64,000 nt of DNA from a virus (lineage: Duplodnaviria > Caudoviricetes): IMG/VR virus record IMGVR_UViG_3300028797_000124, positions 32,001 through 96,000 of that record, one strand, 5' to 3'. Under the pieces are notes generated by a model that worked only from the letters and a program-made list of their open reading frames with translations, was not told the DNA's origin and ran no database searches. The position numbers and the translations under genes are program-made. Shown here one piece after another: positions 38,264-49,332 of the stretch. The stretch's first letter is position 1. Each line of letters starts with the position of its first letter.

Positions 38264-41200
38264 ATCCGACTGAAAGTTTTGTAACCTGTGATGGTATTCT
38301 TTCATCGAATAGCTTTGATGATCCACTGGTATTAGTAGGACCACCGTTTCCACCTTTACGACGTTTGAGCTCTTCGAGTATCGCTTCAAGCAATGCTTCC
38401 ATAGACTCGGAACGAACGTTGTAGGTGTTTGCGAGAATTGCCTTAAGACGAGCATCTGTTGCTCTATCTTCAGCACGAGTAACCGCGTAGTTATTAACAA
38501 CCGTTGTACCGGTTTCGGTATCGTAATATGTGTCTGTATCATACAAGTCATTGTTGACTGGTGTTGTGATATTGGAATTAGCATACTTGTTATTCCATCC
38601 GAGATAGTTATCCCAGAAATCCATCTCATTCATATCACCAGACGCATACCAGTTGTGTAGTAAGTCAAGCTGTTTCTTGAGGGGATCGTTGACTCTGTCC
38701 TTGCTGTCGAGATAGCTGTACATCCAATAATGTTTGTCTGTTGGGCCGTATGTCTCACCATGATGTTTATGACTCGCATTACGATATGAAAGCTTGTAGC
38801 TATCTGCAGCAGTTTTCGCCTTACCCATAGCAGTACCGCCATTCTTATTTTTTCCAGCAATGGCGCTTGAATGATAATCTACGAGCATTGGATACCATTC
38901 ATTTCGTTTATCTGAGTTAACATCCGAATCGGTCCAATGTCCGAAATCCCACATCTTTTCATCGACAGAAGATGACGATCCTCCAGAAGGAGATATTTTT
39001 CCTCCACCGGTTGAATTGTTTGCATATGTTTGTAAAGCCTTAACTGCTTCATCAGCTTTGGCAAGTTCATCCGGCGGAACGACTGCTTCATCTGCGGTAT
39101 ACAAACCATCACGCCAGTCATTATCCAGAACGATCCATTCAGCATTGACATAACCCGTCTGACCACCATATGACGCCTTATACCAGCCCTGTTTACCAGA
39201 GACTGAAAGCTCTTCAAGATGTGTACCATCTGGAATCCATGTGAGTACTGAACTATCATCCGAGGTACTCGATCTCAATCCGAGAGGTACTCCAGTATTT
39301 GTCATTACAGTACCGGAATTCTTACCATTGAGCGAGTTGATCTGACGAGCGTTTTCAACTATTGCGGCATCTCCAGGTGAATTAACCATACCGTATCCAG
39401 TTGACGCAGAACCCTTACCAGTTGGAGTTGTGTTCTTAGCAGCGGCAACATCAGGAGACCAATCTTTGAATCTCTCATAGAATTGATCCGCATATGTCTG
39501 ACGTTTCGCAAGAGCAGCATACTTGTTTGTTGATGAAAGACCCTCATAGATATTGAGAACCTTCTCTGCTGCAGCCGCAGGAGTGCCAGCATTATTAGCG
39601 CCTGTAAGTGCAGAATTGTAGTAGTTATTATTTGTAACCTCATCTTCCCATAATGCGAGCTGTGCTTCAAGACTGTTAAATGGAACTCCCATCTTAGTAC
39701 CCTTATTGAATACCGATTTAGTTCTGTTACCAGTCCACTGTGCAAGGCCAACACCAGGGTAGAAGTTTCCGTCACCATCCGGTTCATATGTTGGTCTATT
39801 AAGGCTTCCCCAACCACCATAAACTTTGGCAACCATGTCTGTTACATAACTATTCATATTCGCTTGAGACTTATATGCATTCATAACAGCGGGACTATTG
39901 ATACCACCCATCTTCCAGTCACCTTCAAGACGGCTCGGGTTGTTTGCAGATTCAACTTCCCAAACACCCATGAATCCAGCTGCACCAGTCTTATTTGCAC
40001 CATGCGATGTAAGATAAGCCCAGATTTTTTCCTGATCATTGTCACCGACAAGACCATCATATGTTGGCTTAACGTATCTGAGAATTTTATCAGGATGGTC
40101 AGATGGTTGCATTGTCCATCTCAAGCCGTCACCACTTGAAACACCTTCAAGAACCTTTGGTGCGGCTCCAGCAGAATCAAGTATAGGTTGAGTTCCACCA
40201 CCGTCGAGACCTCTGTGTGAACCACTACTATCCTTGCCGATATACATACCAACGTGTGATTCAGGATAAGAATCAGATTTACCAGATGTAAATATCCAGT
40301 CACCAGGACGGAGATCGCTCTCACTGTAAGGAAGAACTTCCCAATCCTCTTCAGCAGAATTGCCGTTCTGATCAACGATAGTTTTAGTACCGTAAGACGA
40401 TAAATTCTCATTGAAGTTGTATGTGAGTGGTCCGGTTGTATCATTGTCACTGCCCTTGAAGTCATAACCCATATGTCTGATAGATGCTGACATGAAACCT
40501 GAGCAGTCTGGTCTGAAGTGTGACCAAGTATAACCATCATCAGCTGTAATAGGTCCAACATCACTATGGAGATATGTGCCCGAAGGATGTGCATCAACAT
40601 ATGCTTTGAACGCATAAGCCGCACCTTTCATGACGTCAAGGCCACTCTGTCCTCCACGTGCACTACCACTACCCAATGAATCCAGAGCGCTGTCAAGCTC
40701 AGTATAAGCATCACCGAGTTTGTCAAACAAACCACCAGTGATGTTACCGTTTTCATCAACCTTACCAGCATAATCATCAACAAACTTTTGGTTTGTCTTA
40801 GCCAGTTCAGCATATGCATCTTGACCTTTCTTAGAAGCTGCATCAAGTAATTCTGTCTTGGCGAGATATTCAGCTTGATTTGCTTTAGTTTCCCACCATT
40901 TGTCGAATTTCTTTTGATAATCCTCATCAGATTCTCCATCTTTCTGAGGATATTTTGTTTTGAAATCTTCGAGAGCAAGACCCTTGGCTTCTTCAGCATA
41001 AGTGTCGTAATCATCACCCATCTGTTTCTTAGCCTGTTCAACTGCTTCTTTTTTCTTTTCAGCATTGATGAGTTCTTCCGTTTCTTCCTCGTCAGATTTC
41101 TCCATTGAGAACAATCCGAGAATCTTGGCAGCCTCATCCTTAAGCTTCTTGAATGCTTCTTTGATAGCATCCGGGAATGTGTATCCGCTCTCTGCATCTT

Positions 41201-44200
41201 CATCACCAGAACCGTAGATACCCATAACCGCTGAACCAGCAACTGTAGAAGCTGGACGTCTATCGATACGACCAGTCAAAGGATTGGATACATAGGCTCC
41301 ACCATGATGATCAGTACCAACAACATTCATGAAATGATTATTACCATTTCTTGTTCCATAATCGGAACCAGAACCAACAACCGTGATCGGATTAGTTGGT
41401 GAAGCGGATTTCAGCGACTGCTGTGTCACCTTTCCTGCGTGGACATTCATGCCCAATCCGCGAGCAGTATCTATATAATCACCAACGGAAGTTCCGCGGT
41501 GTGGATCATATGCACCTGATTGATTCATCATTCCAGCCAATGAACGTGCCGAAATTCTTCCTTCAGAGTTGCGATTATACATATCAGCGAGAGCTATAGG
41601 ACCACAACCACGCTGATTCATATTCAGGTATCCACCCATACCACGTTGATATTCACCACCGTATGTATTGTATACGTTTGTGACATCACCGTTAGCGAAC
41701 GTAGATTCAACCTGATTTCCGTCAGGTGCTTCAATTTGTTTGGTTTCTTTTTGTTCTTCTTCGTTTCTTCCAAGAAGTTCATCTGTCATACCCATTGAAT
41801 ACAATGAAGCATAATCGAGTACGAGATTAACCGCACCCTGTGCAACAGATTTACCACCTTGAACAACGAATTCCTTACCTTGTGACATCATCTCCTTACC
41901 AGTATCAAGTACACCAGAACCAAGTTTCTTAGCTCCAGCACCTATAACAGGAATCTTTCCTATCAGGCTTAATACACCACCGATAGCGGATATAATACCA
42001 CCGATACCCATCATCAATACACCAAATCCGATTTGGAGTACACCCATGATGATTTGAACAGCATCACCGATGATCTTGAGTATAGGTAAGAGAACGAACT
42101 TGAACAAGCCCATGAGAGGTGCGAGGATAACCTTCAAGAGGATACCAACGATCTTCAAGAGAGGAGTCAAGCATCCAATAATGGATTCAAGTAATGGAGA
42201 GAGTACTTCAAGTATAGGCTGAATAACATCCTTCATGATAGGCTGAATGATGTCGCAAACAACTTCTACTATCTGTACAATGAAGCCAGCAAGCTGCTTA
42301 ACTATAGAACCAAGCTGCTTTACATAAGGCTTGAGAGTTTTGATTATTGCATGGAATGCGTCATTGAGAGGCATCAGAGCTTCTGTCAAAATATCTGTTA
42401 CTGTCGAAATCATCGCTTTGAAACCTTCAAGCGACATTACAATGGTGAGTACGATATTCGAAATACCCATGAGGACATTCATCATGCCACCCATTGCAGC
42501 ACCAGCACCTTCGGCTGCTCCAGCTTCAGCTGCACCCGCAGCAGCTCCTTCGGCCGCAGCACCACCTGCTCCACCGGTTGCAGCAGTCATAGCAATACCT
42601 GCAGCACCGCTTCCACCACCGGAACCACCCAATGTTTTATTTAGAACAGCATCCTTGGTAGCCTCAGTAGCATCACCAGCTACACCTTCAAGAGGATTAT
42701 CACTACCGCCACTTGCATCCTGAATTTCCTTACTCTCTTCATCCATCTTATCTTGAATACCTTCACCCAAATCATTGAGTGATTGTGTCAAAGATTGAAC
42801 GAAACCGGGAGCTGCATCAGGTGAACCAGACCATGATACAATCTCAGTGATATTCGCCAAGTTCTTAGCCATTTCTTCTTGGAATCCTGCAAGTTTATCT
42901 TCTTCAGCCTGCATACTTTCATTCATTGCATCCGTGGCAGCAGAATCCATTTGAACATCTGTTGAAATGACATCCGACGGCTTTTCCTCTTTCTTGCCAG
43001 TTACTGCGGTTTTGATATCAGAAACAACATCTTTGATTGTTTCCAAGAAACCTGTAGCCTTAGAATCATCGATAGCCTGACGAGCTGGCTCACCCTGTTT
43101 CTTTACGTCAGCAGCGTGTTCGGCTTCCTTACGTTCACGATATGCTTTGGTAAAGCCTTTCATAAAGCCAGGTTTTTCAGCGAGCTTGTTTGCAAAACCT
43201 TCTTTGGCACCAGATAATTTACTGAGAATACCTTTCTTTTTATTGCCGTTTTCATCGACTGAAAGATCTTTGGTAAGTTTATCCTTTATTCCGCGCTTTT
43301 CCATCCATCCACCAACTTTATCTTTGATGGATTTTCCTATATTGGAGAAAGCCTTTGTTACACCATCCTTTATGGTTGTGACAGCTTTGTATAAACCATC
43401 AACCATCGGCTTGATGAATTTTGTCATGGACTTGAACATTGTCTTGATACCAAATCCAAGACTCTTCATACCATACTTGATCTGACGAAGACCGCGCATG
43501 ATACCCCATTTTGCGAACTTGAGGATAGCTCCACCGAAACCTTTGATGATTTTGAATACTGAGAATAGAACGACTTTTATGTATCCTATTACAGGAGCGA
43601 GGAAAAGTTTGAGACCTCCGAGTGCCATCTTGAGCAATTTACCCATTGTGGATTTTGGAGCATCTCCAGATGAATTATCCTTTTCGCCTTTAGCATTACG
43701 CTTCATCATAGGAATGACAGTCTGGTTAATTCTTCTCTGAAGATCTCTGTCTGATAATTTTGAAGTTAATGTTTGGATGTTCTGAATATCCATTGTGGAT
43801 ACATTACCATCAGTCATTGCTGTATTTGCCGAGCTTACTATAAGCTGCATGTTCAATGAATCCGAGTCATTTTCTTCAAAATGATTATCAGCACCAAATT
43901 GGGAAAGAATGTCTTCCCATTCTTCATTGAGTCGTTTGTTTGATTTGATACCACCATGAATAGCATCAGAGAGATTGGCACCCTTACCTTTTAAGAAACT
44001 TCCAGCATTATAAATCGGCTTTCCTACAGCACGTAGTGCACCGCCGGTACGAATCGTTTCACCCTCTTCATTAATAGATTTCTTTCCGAGGACAGCGCCA
44101 CCAACTTTCTCTTTGGTAGAGCCCAAAACATCGGCAGTTTTTTCTCCAATGCTTGTATTGAGGATTTTTTCCTTTGTACCTTTAAAGAAATCCTTAACAC

Positions 44201-46388
44201 CTTCAGGTATTTTTTCAGATATATCTTTTTTCAGAGAATCAGTTATTTCCATCAATGCCTGAACATTAGGATCAATAGCATATTCTCTACCATCACCAAA
44301 GAGGAAATTCTTAGCACCAGTTAAAATACCTTTGCCCGCTTCTTTTAGTTTGCCAGTTTTCTGATTCTTACGATATTTCGCGAGTTGTTTCTGCTCGCGT
44401 TCAGATCTTTCGCCCTCGTCTTTATCCAATATATCTTTTATATAGTCCGGAGCTTTATCATATTCTTCATTCTTTGACACATCCGGAACGGCTGCGTTGA
44501 CAAAGTTTTCTGCAAGATTTCTATATGGAGCGGTTGCATTGTTAACAGCTTCGACAACGTTCGATGCCCCAGCAGTTGCAACACCCATATTATGAGCATT
44601 TTTACCATACCCAGGGATCATCTTTATTTCTTCATATGGAACTTTACGAAGTTTTGCACTACCAGTAATGAATACATTCATTCCTCGGTTGAGCTGATTG
44701 AATATTCCCGCAACATAATCGAACGTCGAAGGGATACTCAACGATTGATTGGAACCTATTTGAGTGGGTGCAGCTGCATCTTTCTTCGTTTCATCGTTGA
44801 AAGTGGCACCTGTGTTATACTCTCTATAGTTTCGCTTGAAAGCATCAAGCCACATACTTTTTGTAATCATGCCTGCTTGATGTCCATTTACATTAGTGCG
44901 TGCAAATGATTCAAATTCTTTATCAGCTCTCTCTGAAGACCGCTGAAGTTCTTGTCTATATTTGAAATCATCTATCTGTTCGATAATTCCCCAATAGAAT
45001 TGCTTCCATTGCTCAACTGAACGATGTTTTGGATCGGCTATCGCCATAGCAGTTGCAGAGTCTTCAATAACTTGACGGGTCATTGGATCTCTTATGTCTT
45101 TTATCTGACCATTACCAAGTATAGTTTCACCGCTTAAATACATTTGAAACAACCATGCACCAGTCATTGTTCTGATAGCATTATTTATTTCTTGAGGGTC
45201 CAAACCGGTTCTTTTTTCCGCATTCCTGCGTTGTTCATGACCAACGGTACCAGCTTTGAAATAATTATCTGAAATTTGTCCAATAAATGCGTTTCCACGT
45301 TTACCACTAACGAGATTACCTTTCTCATTAACGGTTTTATCCGGACCGCCTACAGCTTTCAATATCTCTTTAAGATATCCAGGAATTACGGTGATAATAG
45401 ATTTACGCGTCATTCCATCGAATACTGCCGGTTTATCATTGTATTGGTTTATTACTGAATTTTGGTAGTTTTTCGACCTGCTCTTCGTTATGAGTTCTTC
45501 AAAAAAGTCTTCGAATATATGACCTTTTGATTTAAGAATCGTGGTCATTGTATTTTGAATGACTTCACCGACAGTATCATTGATGAATTCACCAATGTCA
45601 TTTATTGATTTCTTGCCGAGCTTATCCCATTTCTTATCCAGAATAGTCTGAGATAATATCATTGACATAACTGTCTCAGGTGTCACCATACCGGATCCAA
45701 GCACAGTTTTACCAATGCTCATATATGTTCCGAGTGCGGAATCTTCAGCCTGTTCTTTACCCTTGGCCACCAGTCCCGATAAAGATATGCCGCCACCATA
45801 ATCAAGAATTGAAGCTTTCTTGAGTTCTTCTTCTTCCTTCTTTGTACGAGCCGACGTCCACTCGACAATGAGGTCAAGACGCTTGCCTATCTGAATGAGG
45901 GTATTATTGACATTATTAACAGAAGCTGTGAGCTCAGCAGTTCTTGTATTAATAGTAGAAATGATTTCCGCAGTATTAGCAATATGCAAATCAGCCTGAC
46001 GGCCAAATGCTTTATACATTGCACCGGTCTGTTTCTTTGCTATATCGGTCATCATATCCTTTGACAAAGGCTGAGACTTGTCTCCACCCGATTCTGAATC
46101 AGCTGAGTCTATTTCAAAACCAGCATCAAAGTCATCATCGTCAAAATCAAAGTCTCCGAACATTCCACCTTCGTTATAGAACCAATCGCGAGTCTTCTTC
46201 AGGATTCCGGAACTCTTGAGTTCATTGAACTTCTTAGCACCATCGGAACCCATCTGTTTACCCATGTCAATTACTTCTTTAACATCATTGGCAAAAGATA
46301 TAGCGTTATCAAAATAATCGGTGGTGGATTGCGCAATTCCACCAGCAACTATCTGCATACTTCTGCGGACGAAATCATTCATTGCCAT
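38262..46388 (-). CDS. Tape-measure-like tail protein with C39-like peptidase, NlpC/P60, phage tail lysozyme and SH3b domains
   Basis: Long helical/amphipathic N-terminal two-thirds; RGCGPIALA...NHFMNVVG; PDCSGF...SHVGMYIG; IWAYL...G....GAAG.MG....ES...G.GLAQWT..R; LRSS.S..S.VL..IP.G...GWYK..Y.G..GYV...WI. RBS GAAAGGAGG favours start 46388. Confidence 0.8.
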   Translation of the reverse strand: MAMNDFVRRSMQIVAGGIAQSTTDYFDNAISFANDVKEVIDMGKQMGSDGAKKFNELKSSGILKKTRDWFYNEGGMFGDFDFDDDDFDAGFEIDSADSESGGDKSQPLSKDMMTDIAKKQTGAMYKAFGRQADLHIANTAEIISTINTRTAELTASVNNVNNTLIQIGKRLDLIVEWTSARTKKEEEELKKASILDYGGGISLSGLVAKGKEQAEDSALGTYMSIGKTVLGSGMVTPETVMSMILSQTILDKKWDKLGKKSINDIGEFINDTVGEVIQNTMTTILKSKGHIFEDFFEELITKSRSKNYQNSVINQYNDKPAVFDGMTRKSIITVIPGYLKEILKAVGGPDKTVNEKGNLVSGKRGNAFIGQISDNYFKAGTVGHEQRRNAEKRTGLDPQEINNAIRTMTGAWLFQMYLSGETILGNGQIKDIRDPMTRQVIEDSATAMAIADPKHRSVEQWKQFYWGIIEQIDDFKYRQELQRSSERADKEFESFARTNVNGHQAGMITKSMWLDAFKRNYREYNTGATFNDETKKDAAAPTQIGSNQSLSIPSTFDYVAGIFNQLNRGMNVFITGSAKLRKVPYEEIKMIPGYGKNAHNMGVATAGASNVVEAVNNATAPYRNLAENFVNAAVPDVSKNEEYDKAPDYIKDILDKDEGERSEREQKQLAKYRKNQKTGKLKEAGKGILTGAKNFLFGDGREYAIDPNVQALMEITDSLKKDISEKIPEGVKDFFKGTKEKILNTSIGEKTADVLGSTKEKVGGAVLGKKSINEEGETIRTGGALRAVGKPIYNAGSFLKGKGANLSDAIHGGIKSNKRLNEEWEDILSQFGADNHFEENDSDSLNMQLIVSSANTAMTDGNVSTMDIQNIQTLTSKLSDRDLQRRINQTVIPMMKRNAKGEKDNSSGDAPKSTMGKLLKMALGGLKLFLAPVIGYIKVVLFSVFKIIKGFGGAILKFAKWGIMRGLRQIKYGMKSLGFGIKTMFKSMTKFIKPMVDGLYKAVTTIKDGVTKAFSNIGKSIKDKVGGWMEKRGIKDKLTKDLSVDENGNKKKGILSKLSGAKEGFANKLAEKPGFMKGFTKAYRERKEAEHAADVKKQGEPARQAIDDSKATGFLETIKDVVSDIKTAVTGKKEEKPSDVISTDVQMDSAATDAMNESMQAEEDKLAGFQEEMAKNLANITEIVSWSGSPDAAPGFVQSLTQSLNDLGEGIQDKMDEESKEIQDASGGSDNPLEGVAGDATEATKDAVLNKTLGGSGGGSGAAGIAMTAATGGAGGAAAEGAAAGAAEAGAAEGAGAAMGGMMNVLMGISNIVLTIVMSLEGFKAMISTVTDILTEALMPLNDAFHAIIKTLKPYVKQLGSIVKQLAGFIVQIVEVVCDIIQPIMKDVIQPILEVLSPLLESIIGCLTPLLKIVGILLKVILAPLMGLFKFVLLPILKIIGDAVQIIMGVLQIGFGVLMMGIGGIISAIGGVLSLIGKIPVIGAGAKKLGSGVLDTGKEMMSQGKEFVVQGGKSVAQGAVNLVLDYASLYSMGMTDELLGRNEEEQKETKQIEAPDGNQVESTFANGDVTNVYNTYGGEYQRGMGGYLNMNQRGCGPIALADMYNRNSEGRISARSLAGMMNQSGAYDPHRGTSVGDYIDTARGLGMNVHAGKVTQQSLKSASPTNPITVVGSGSDYGTRNGNNHFMNVVGTDHHGGAYVSNPLTGRIDRRPASTVAGSAVMGIYGSGDEDAESGYTFPDAIKEAFKKLKDEAAKILGLFSMEKSDEEETEELINAEKKKEAVEQAKKQMGDDYDTYAEEAKGLALEDFKTKYPQKDGESDEDYQKKFDKWWETKANQAEYLAKTELLDAASKKGQDAYAELAKTNQKFVDDYAGKVDENGNITGGLFDKLGDAYTELDSALDSLGSGSARGGQSGLDVMKGAAYAFKAYVDAHPSGTYLHSDVGPITADDGYTWSHFRPDCSGFMSASIRHMGYDFKGSDNDTTGPLTYNFNENLSSYGTKTIVDQNGNSAEEDWEVLPYSESDLRPGDWIFTSGKSDSYPESHVGMYIGKDSSGSHRGLDGGGTQPILDSAGAAPKVLEGVSSGDGLRWTMQPSDHPDKILRYVKPTYDGLVGDNDQEKIWAYLTSHGANKTGAAGFMGVWEVESANNPSRLEGDWKMGGINSPAVMNAYKSQANMNSYVTDMVAKVYGGWGSLNRPTYEPDGDGNFYPGVGLAQWTGNRTKSVFNKGTKMGVPFNSLEAQLALWEDEVTNNNYYNSALTGANNAGTPAAAAEKVLNIYEGLSSTNKYAALAKRQTYADQFYERFKDWSPDVAAAKNTTPTGKGSASTGYGMVNSPGDAAIVENARQINSLNGKNSGTVMTNTGVPLGLRSSTSDDSSVLTWIPDGTHLEELSVSGKQGWYKASYGGQTGYVNAEWIVLDNDWRDGLYTADEAVVPPDELAKADEAVKALQTYANNSTGGGKISPSGGSSSSVDEKMWDFGHWTDSDVNSDKRNEWYPMLVDYHSSAIAGKNKNGGTAMGKAKTAADSYKLSYRNASHKHHGETYGPTDKHYWMYSYLDSKDRVNDPLKKQLDLLHNWYASGDMNEMDFWDNYLGWNNKYANSNITTPVNNDLYDTDTYYDTETGTTVVNNYAVTRAEDRATDARLKAILANTYNVRSESMEALLEAILEELKRRKGGNGGPTNTSGSSKLFDERIPSQVTKLSVG

Positions 46389-46417
46389 ATTAACCCCTCC
46401 TTTCAATTAAATTTATA

Positions 46418-46455
46418 TAAAAGAATATGGGGGCGAGATGCCCCCATTTCCTTTC
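46418..46455 (-). terminator. Intrinsic terminator
   Basis: On the minus strand ATGGGGGC-atctc-GCCCCCAT followed by ATTCTTTT. Confidence 0.75.
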
Positions 46456-46465
46456 GGTTTGGGTA

Positions 46466-47233
46466 TCAAAAGAATTGAACAAGCTCATCTGTCTCATCAC
46501 AATGGAACGATTCTGTCCATTCTTTGACAAGAGCATCACGCTTGTCCTGAGCACCTGCCCAGCTTTCGATTTCAACTTTGACATCTTTGAATGCAGAACC
46601 AACAATCTGATTCTTAAGATCAGAATATAATGTACGTTGAACATCTAATGTCGCAAGTTGAATGAATGATTCTCTACATGATGTAGGAATCGTTTCACAG
46701 TTTGGCTCATGATCACATTTGGCTATGAATAATATCCAGCTCTGATCAGGCCAATCAAGTAATTGTATTTTGTTATATCCCAACCATTTTGAAGTTGGTA
46801 CCTTTGATGTTACACCAGTGAATTTGTTTACTGCAGCACCAGTAACAGTCGCGTTCATTATATCCTGAGGATAGTATGAACCAAATCCGACGAATGGTGT
46901 AACTACCGTAAATGCGTTGGCACTTACATGATCGTTCTTTCCATCAACCGATGACGTTGTTATTGGATAAGCATCACAGTATGAGACTTCTGTTGTTGTG
47001 AGCTCGGGAGGAATAAAGTATATGCCACGCATTCTATCAATGTCGTTGGCATATCTCAAATCCTTTCGAGCACACTGGCATTCTTTTTCCTGTGGTTTAA
47101 ACTGGGAGAATGTGCGAACAGAAGTCTTGATGATATCCTGAATAACGACTTCAATCGGTTCTTTATATGGAAGAGCGATTGTCTTTAAACCGTTTGGCAG
47201 TTTAATGTCTTTGATAACATCAGAAATGTTCAT
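46466..47233 (-). CDS. Putative neck/head-tail structural protein
   Basis: 255 aa in the head operon; I..S..TFS..P...F..LA.LDV...LY pattern recalled from jumbo-phage neck-like proteins. Confidence 0.45.
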   Translation of the reverse strand: MNISDVIKDIKLPNGLKTIALPYKEPIEVVIQDIIKTSVRTFSQFKPQEKECQCARKDLRYANDIDRMRGIYFIPPELTTTEVSYCDAYPITTSSVDGKNDHVSANAFTVVTPFVGFGSYYPQDIMNATVTGAAVNKFTGVTSKVPTSKWLGYNKIQLLDWPDQSWILFIAKCDHEPNCETIPTSCRESFIQLATLDVQRTLYSDLKNQIVGSAFKDVKVEIESWAGAQDKRDALVKEWTESFHCDETDELVQFF

Positions 47234-47247
47234 TCAATCATCTCCAA

Positions 47248-47874
47248 TCAATCTTCGTCATCATCAGGACCAGTTTCTCCATATTTCTGAATATCTCCAG
47301 CCTTTATCTTCTTGGGGTGTAGAACGGGTGTATGATCGTCAACGAAGTCAGCACGAAGCTTGCCGGATATGTGGTACTCATAAGAAGAACCTTCAGTTGC
47401 AAGCCAGAGATAGATCTGCATATCATCGCGACAAACCTTGGAAAGTTTGCGATACTGATTATCAGTCATTGTGATGAGCATATCAAATTCGGGATCAGCC
47501 TTAGCACGATCAACATTCTTCTCGAGGAGATCCTGAAGATCCTTTGTGCCGCGAAGGAAGTCTGCATAAGAATTCTTTATATCAGGAAGATACAGCTTCT
47601 TACGATATTTCTTCTTGTTTGCGAACATATCGTCGTAGAAAGACTTAGCTGTACCGAGAACCTTACCTCTGAACTTTTCGGAATCCTTCTCTTTGTACTC
47701 AATGTAGCCATTAACGAATTCAACCATCTCTTTGAGGATCATACCGTAGTTGAGCTGAGTATACTTCTTTTCACGATACTTGGTTGAATACTTATAGTCC
47801 TTCGCAACCTGTTCAAAAAGTCCTTTGTTTTCAACAACGAAACCTTTCATCGAAAGTGAATCTTTAGTAAGCAT
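47248..47874 (-). CDS. Hypothetical protein (head operon)
   Basis: ATG 47874 after GGAGG; follows the upstream stop directly. Confidence 0.7.
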   Translation of the reverse strand: MLTKDSLSMKGFVVENKGLFEQVAKDYKYSTKYREKKYTQLNYGMILKEMVEFVNGYIEYKEKDSEKFRGKVLGTAKSFYDDMFANKKKYRKKLYLPDIKNSYADFLRGTKDLQDLLEKNVDRAKADPEFDMLITMTDNQYRKLSKVCRDDMQIYLWLATEGSSYEYHISGKLRADFVDDHTPVLHPKKIKAGDIQKYGETGPDDDED

Positions 47875-47876
47875 TA

Positions 47877-49280
47877 TTAACCCCTCCATCCTTCCGGATA
47901 ATTTACATTAACCATCCATGTACGATCAGCACGATTTACAGGACGGATCTTAAGAATCTGTGTGAGAAGACGATTAAGATCATTCTGGAATTGTACGAGC
48001 TGTGGACGAGTGTGAGGAACGATGTACTTGGGATCGTTATTATCCAAGCATGAGATGTAGAAGTCGGTTATCTCCATCTTCTGGCAAACGTATCCAGAAA
48101 TAAGCTGAGCATCGTTAACATCCTTGATGTCAGCTATCTCAAGAGTAATGTATGAGATCGTATCTCTCATCTTAAGATCCTTCAGCTTCTTGGGCTTCTT
48201 AGACAAGAAGCCTTCCTGAATCGGATCCTTGCCCTGACCAGCTTCAACAGCCTTGATTGCTTCAGGCAATACCTTCTTGAGAATTTCTTTGTTCTTACTC
48301 CACTTCTCAACAGCTTCCTTTGTACCAGGTTCATTATACATGATATCATCTGGCTTGAGGAATGGATTGGATATTGTGTCTGCAGCAACGGACATCTCTT
48401 CAGAAGCAACAGATATTACAGACAAAAGCTGAGCTGTACGCTTATCAAACTTATTTCCTTCAGCACACTTAGCTGCAAACTTAGAAACCTGACGACCTTC
48501 ACTTGTGGTTTCATCAAGAACGTTGAGAGCTTTATCTGAAGCTTGCGGCTGATCAGGAAGCATGGGGTTATTAACGATATCATTCATCGTATTGAGATGG
48601 TATACCAACTTAGCAGATACATCGGGTGTTAACATCGAGAAGAATCCTTCTTCGATTTCAACCTCATCGTAGTCATCTTCGTCAATAGAATCCTCAGGAC
48701 CATCAAGAACAGCTTTTCTCAATTCCTTTTCAGTACCAACGATATCTCCGGCGATAGCAGCAGGAAGTTCATCTTCGGGTTCAACACCGAGATAGTTGTC
48801 AACGACGTCAACAACAGTATTACCAGTATCACCACTCTTGGCGATATCTTTAACGAAGTTGGAACCGTTATCGATTTCGATCTGTCCACATGTTGCACGA
48901 CAGTTGTCATCGAGAGTACCGATTACGGGTTTAACCAAAGATATCAGATGTTTAGGTTCTTCGATTCCCTTATTAGCCATCGCACGAAGCGGCATAGTTG
49001 TTCCAACGGCATATGTTGCAGCATTGTCAACTGTTTTGGCATCATCGAATATTGCACCTGATTCGATTGCATCAGCCAGAGTTCCTTCCTGTACAGGAGT
49101 CAATTCCTTGGGAAACATGAGATGTGTTTTATCACCATGGTTGTATACTCTCAGAGCAGTACCATTGTAGGATTCAGCAACAAGTTTTCCACCGAGTTCG
49201 ATCTGAGAAAACTCGTTAAATGCTTCGATCTTCCGTGTCTTAATTATCTGACACAGTATATCTTTCGCGATATTATTCAT
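47877..49280 (-). CDS. Putative inner head protein
   Basis: Candidate cleavage motifs VAES, PVQEG, EIEEG, PIQEG; C-terminal YP.G..G. Confidence 0.55.
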   Translation of the reverse strand: MNNIAKDILCQIIKTRKIEAFNEFSQIELGGKLVAESYNGTALRVYNHGDKTHLMFPKELTPVQEGTLADAIESGAIFDDAKTVDNAATYAVGTTMPLRAMANKGIEEPKHLISLVKPVIGTLDDNCRATCGQIEIDNGSNFVKDIAKSGDTGNTVVDVVDNYLGVEPEDELPAAIAGDIVGTEKELRKAVLDGPEDSIDEDDYDEVEIEEGFFSMLTPDVSAKLVYHLNTMNDIVNNPMLPDQPQASDKALNVLDETTSEGRQVSKFAAKCAEGNKFDKRTAQLLSVISVASEEMSVAADTISNPFLKPDDIMYNEPGTKEAVEKWSKNKEILKKVLPEAIKAVEAGQGKDPIQEGFLSKKPKKLKDLKMRDTISYITLEIADIKDVNDAQLISGYVCQKMEITDFYISCLDNNDPKYIVPHTRPQLVQFQNDLNRLLTQILKIRPVNRADRTWMVNVNYPEGWRG

Positions 49281-49332
49281 AAATGATCAACCCTTTCAAT
49301 AATAAAATTTTATAACCCAGGAGGTTTTAGTT

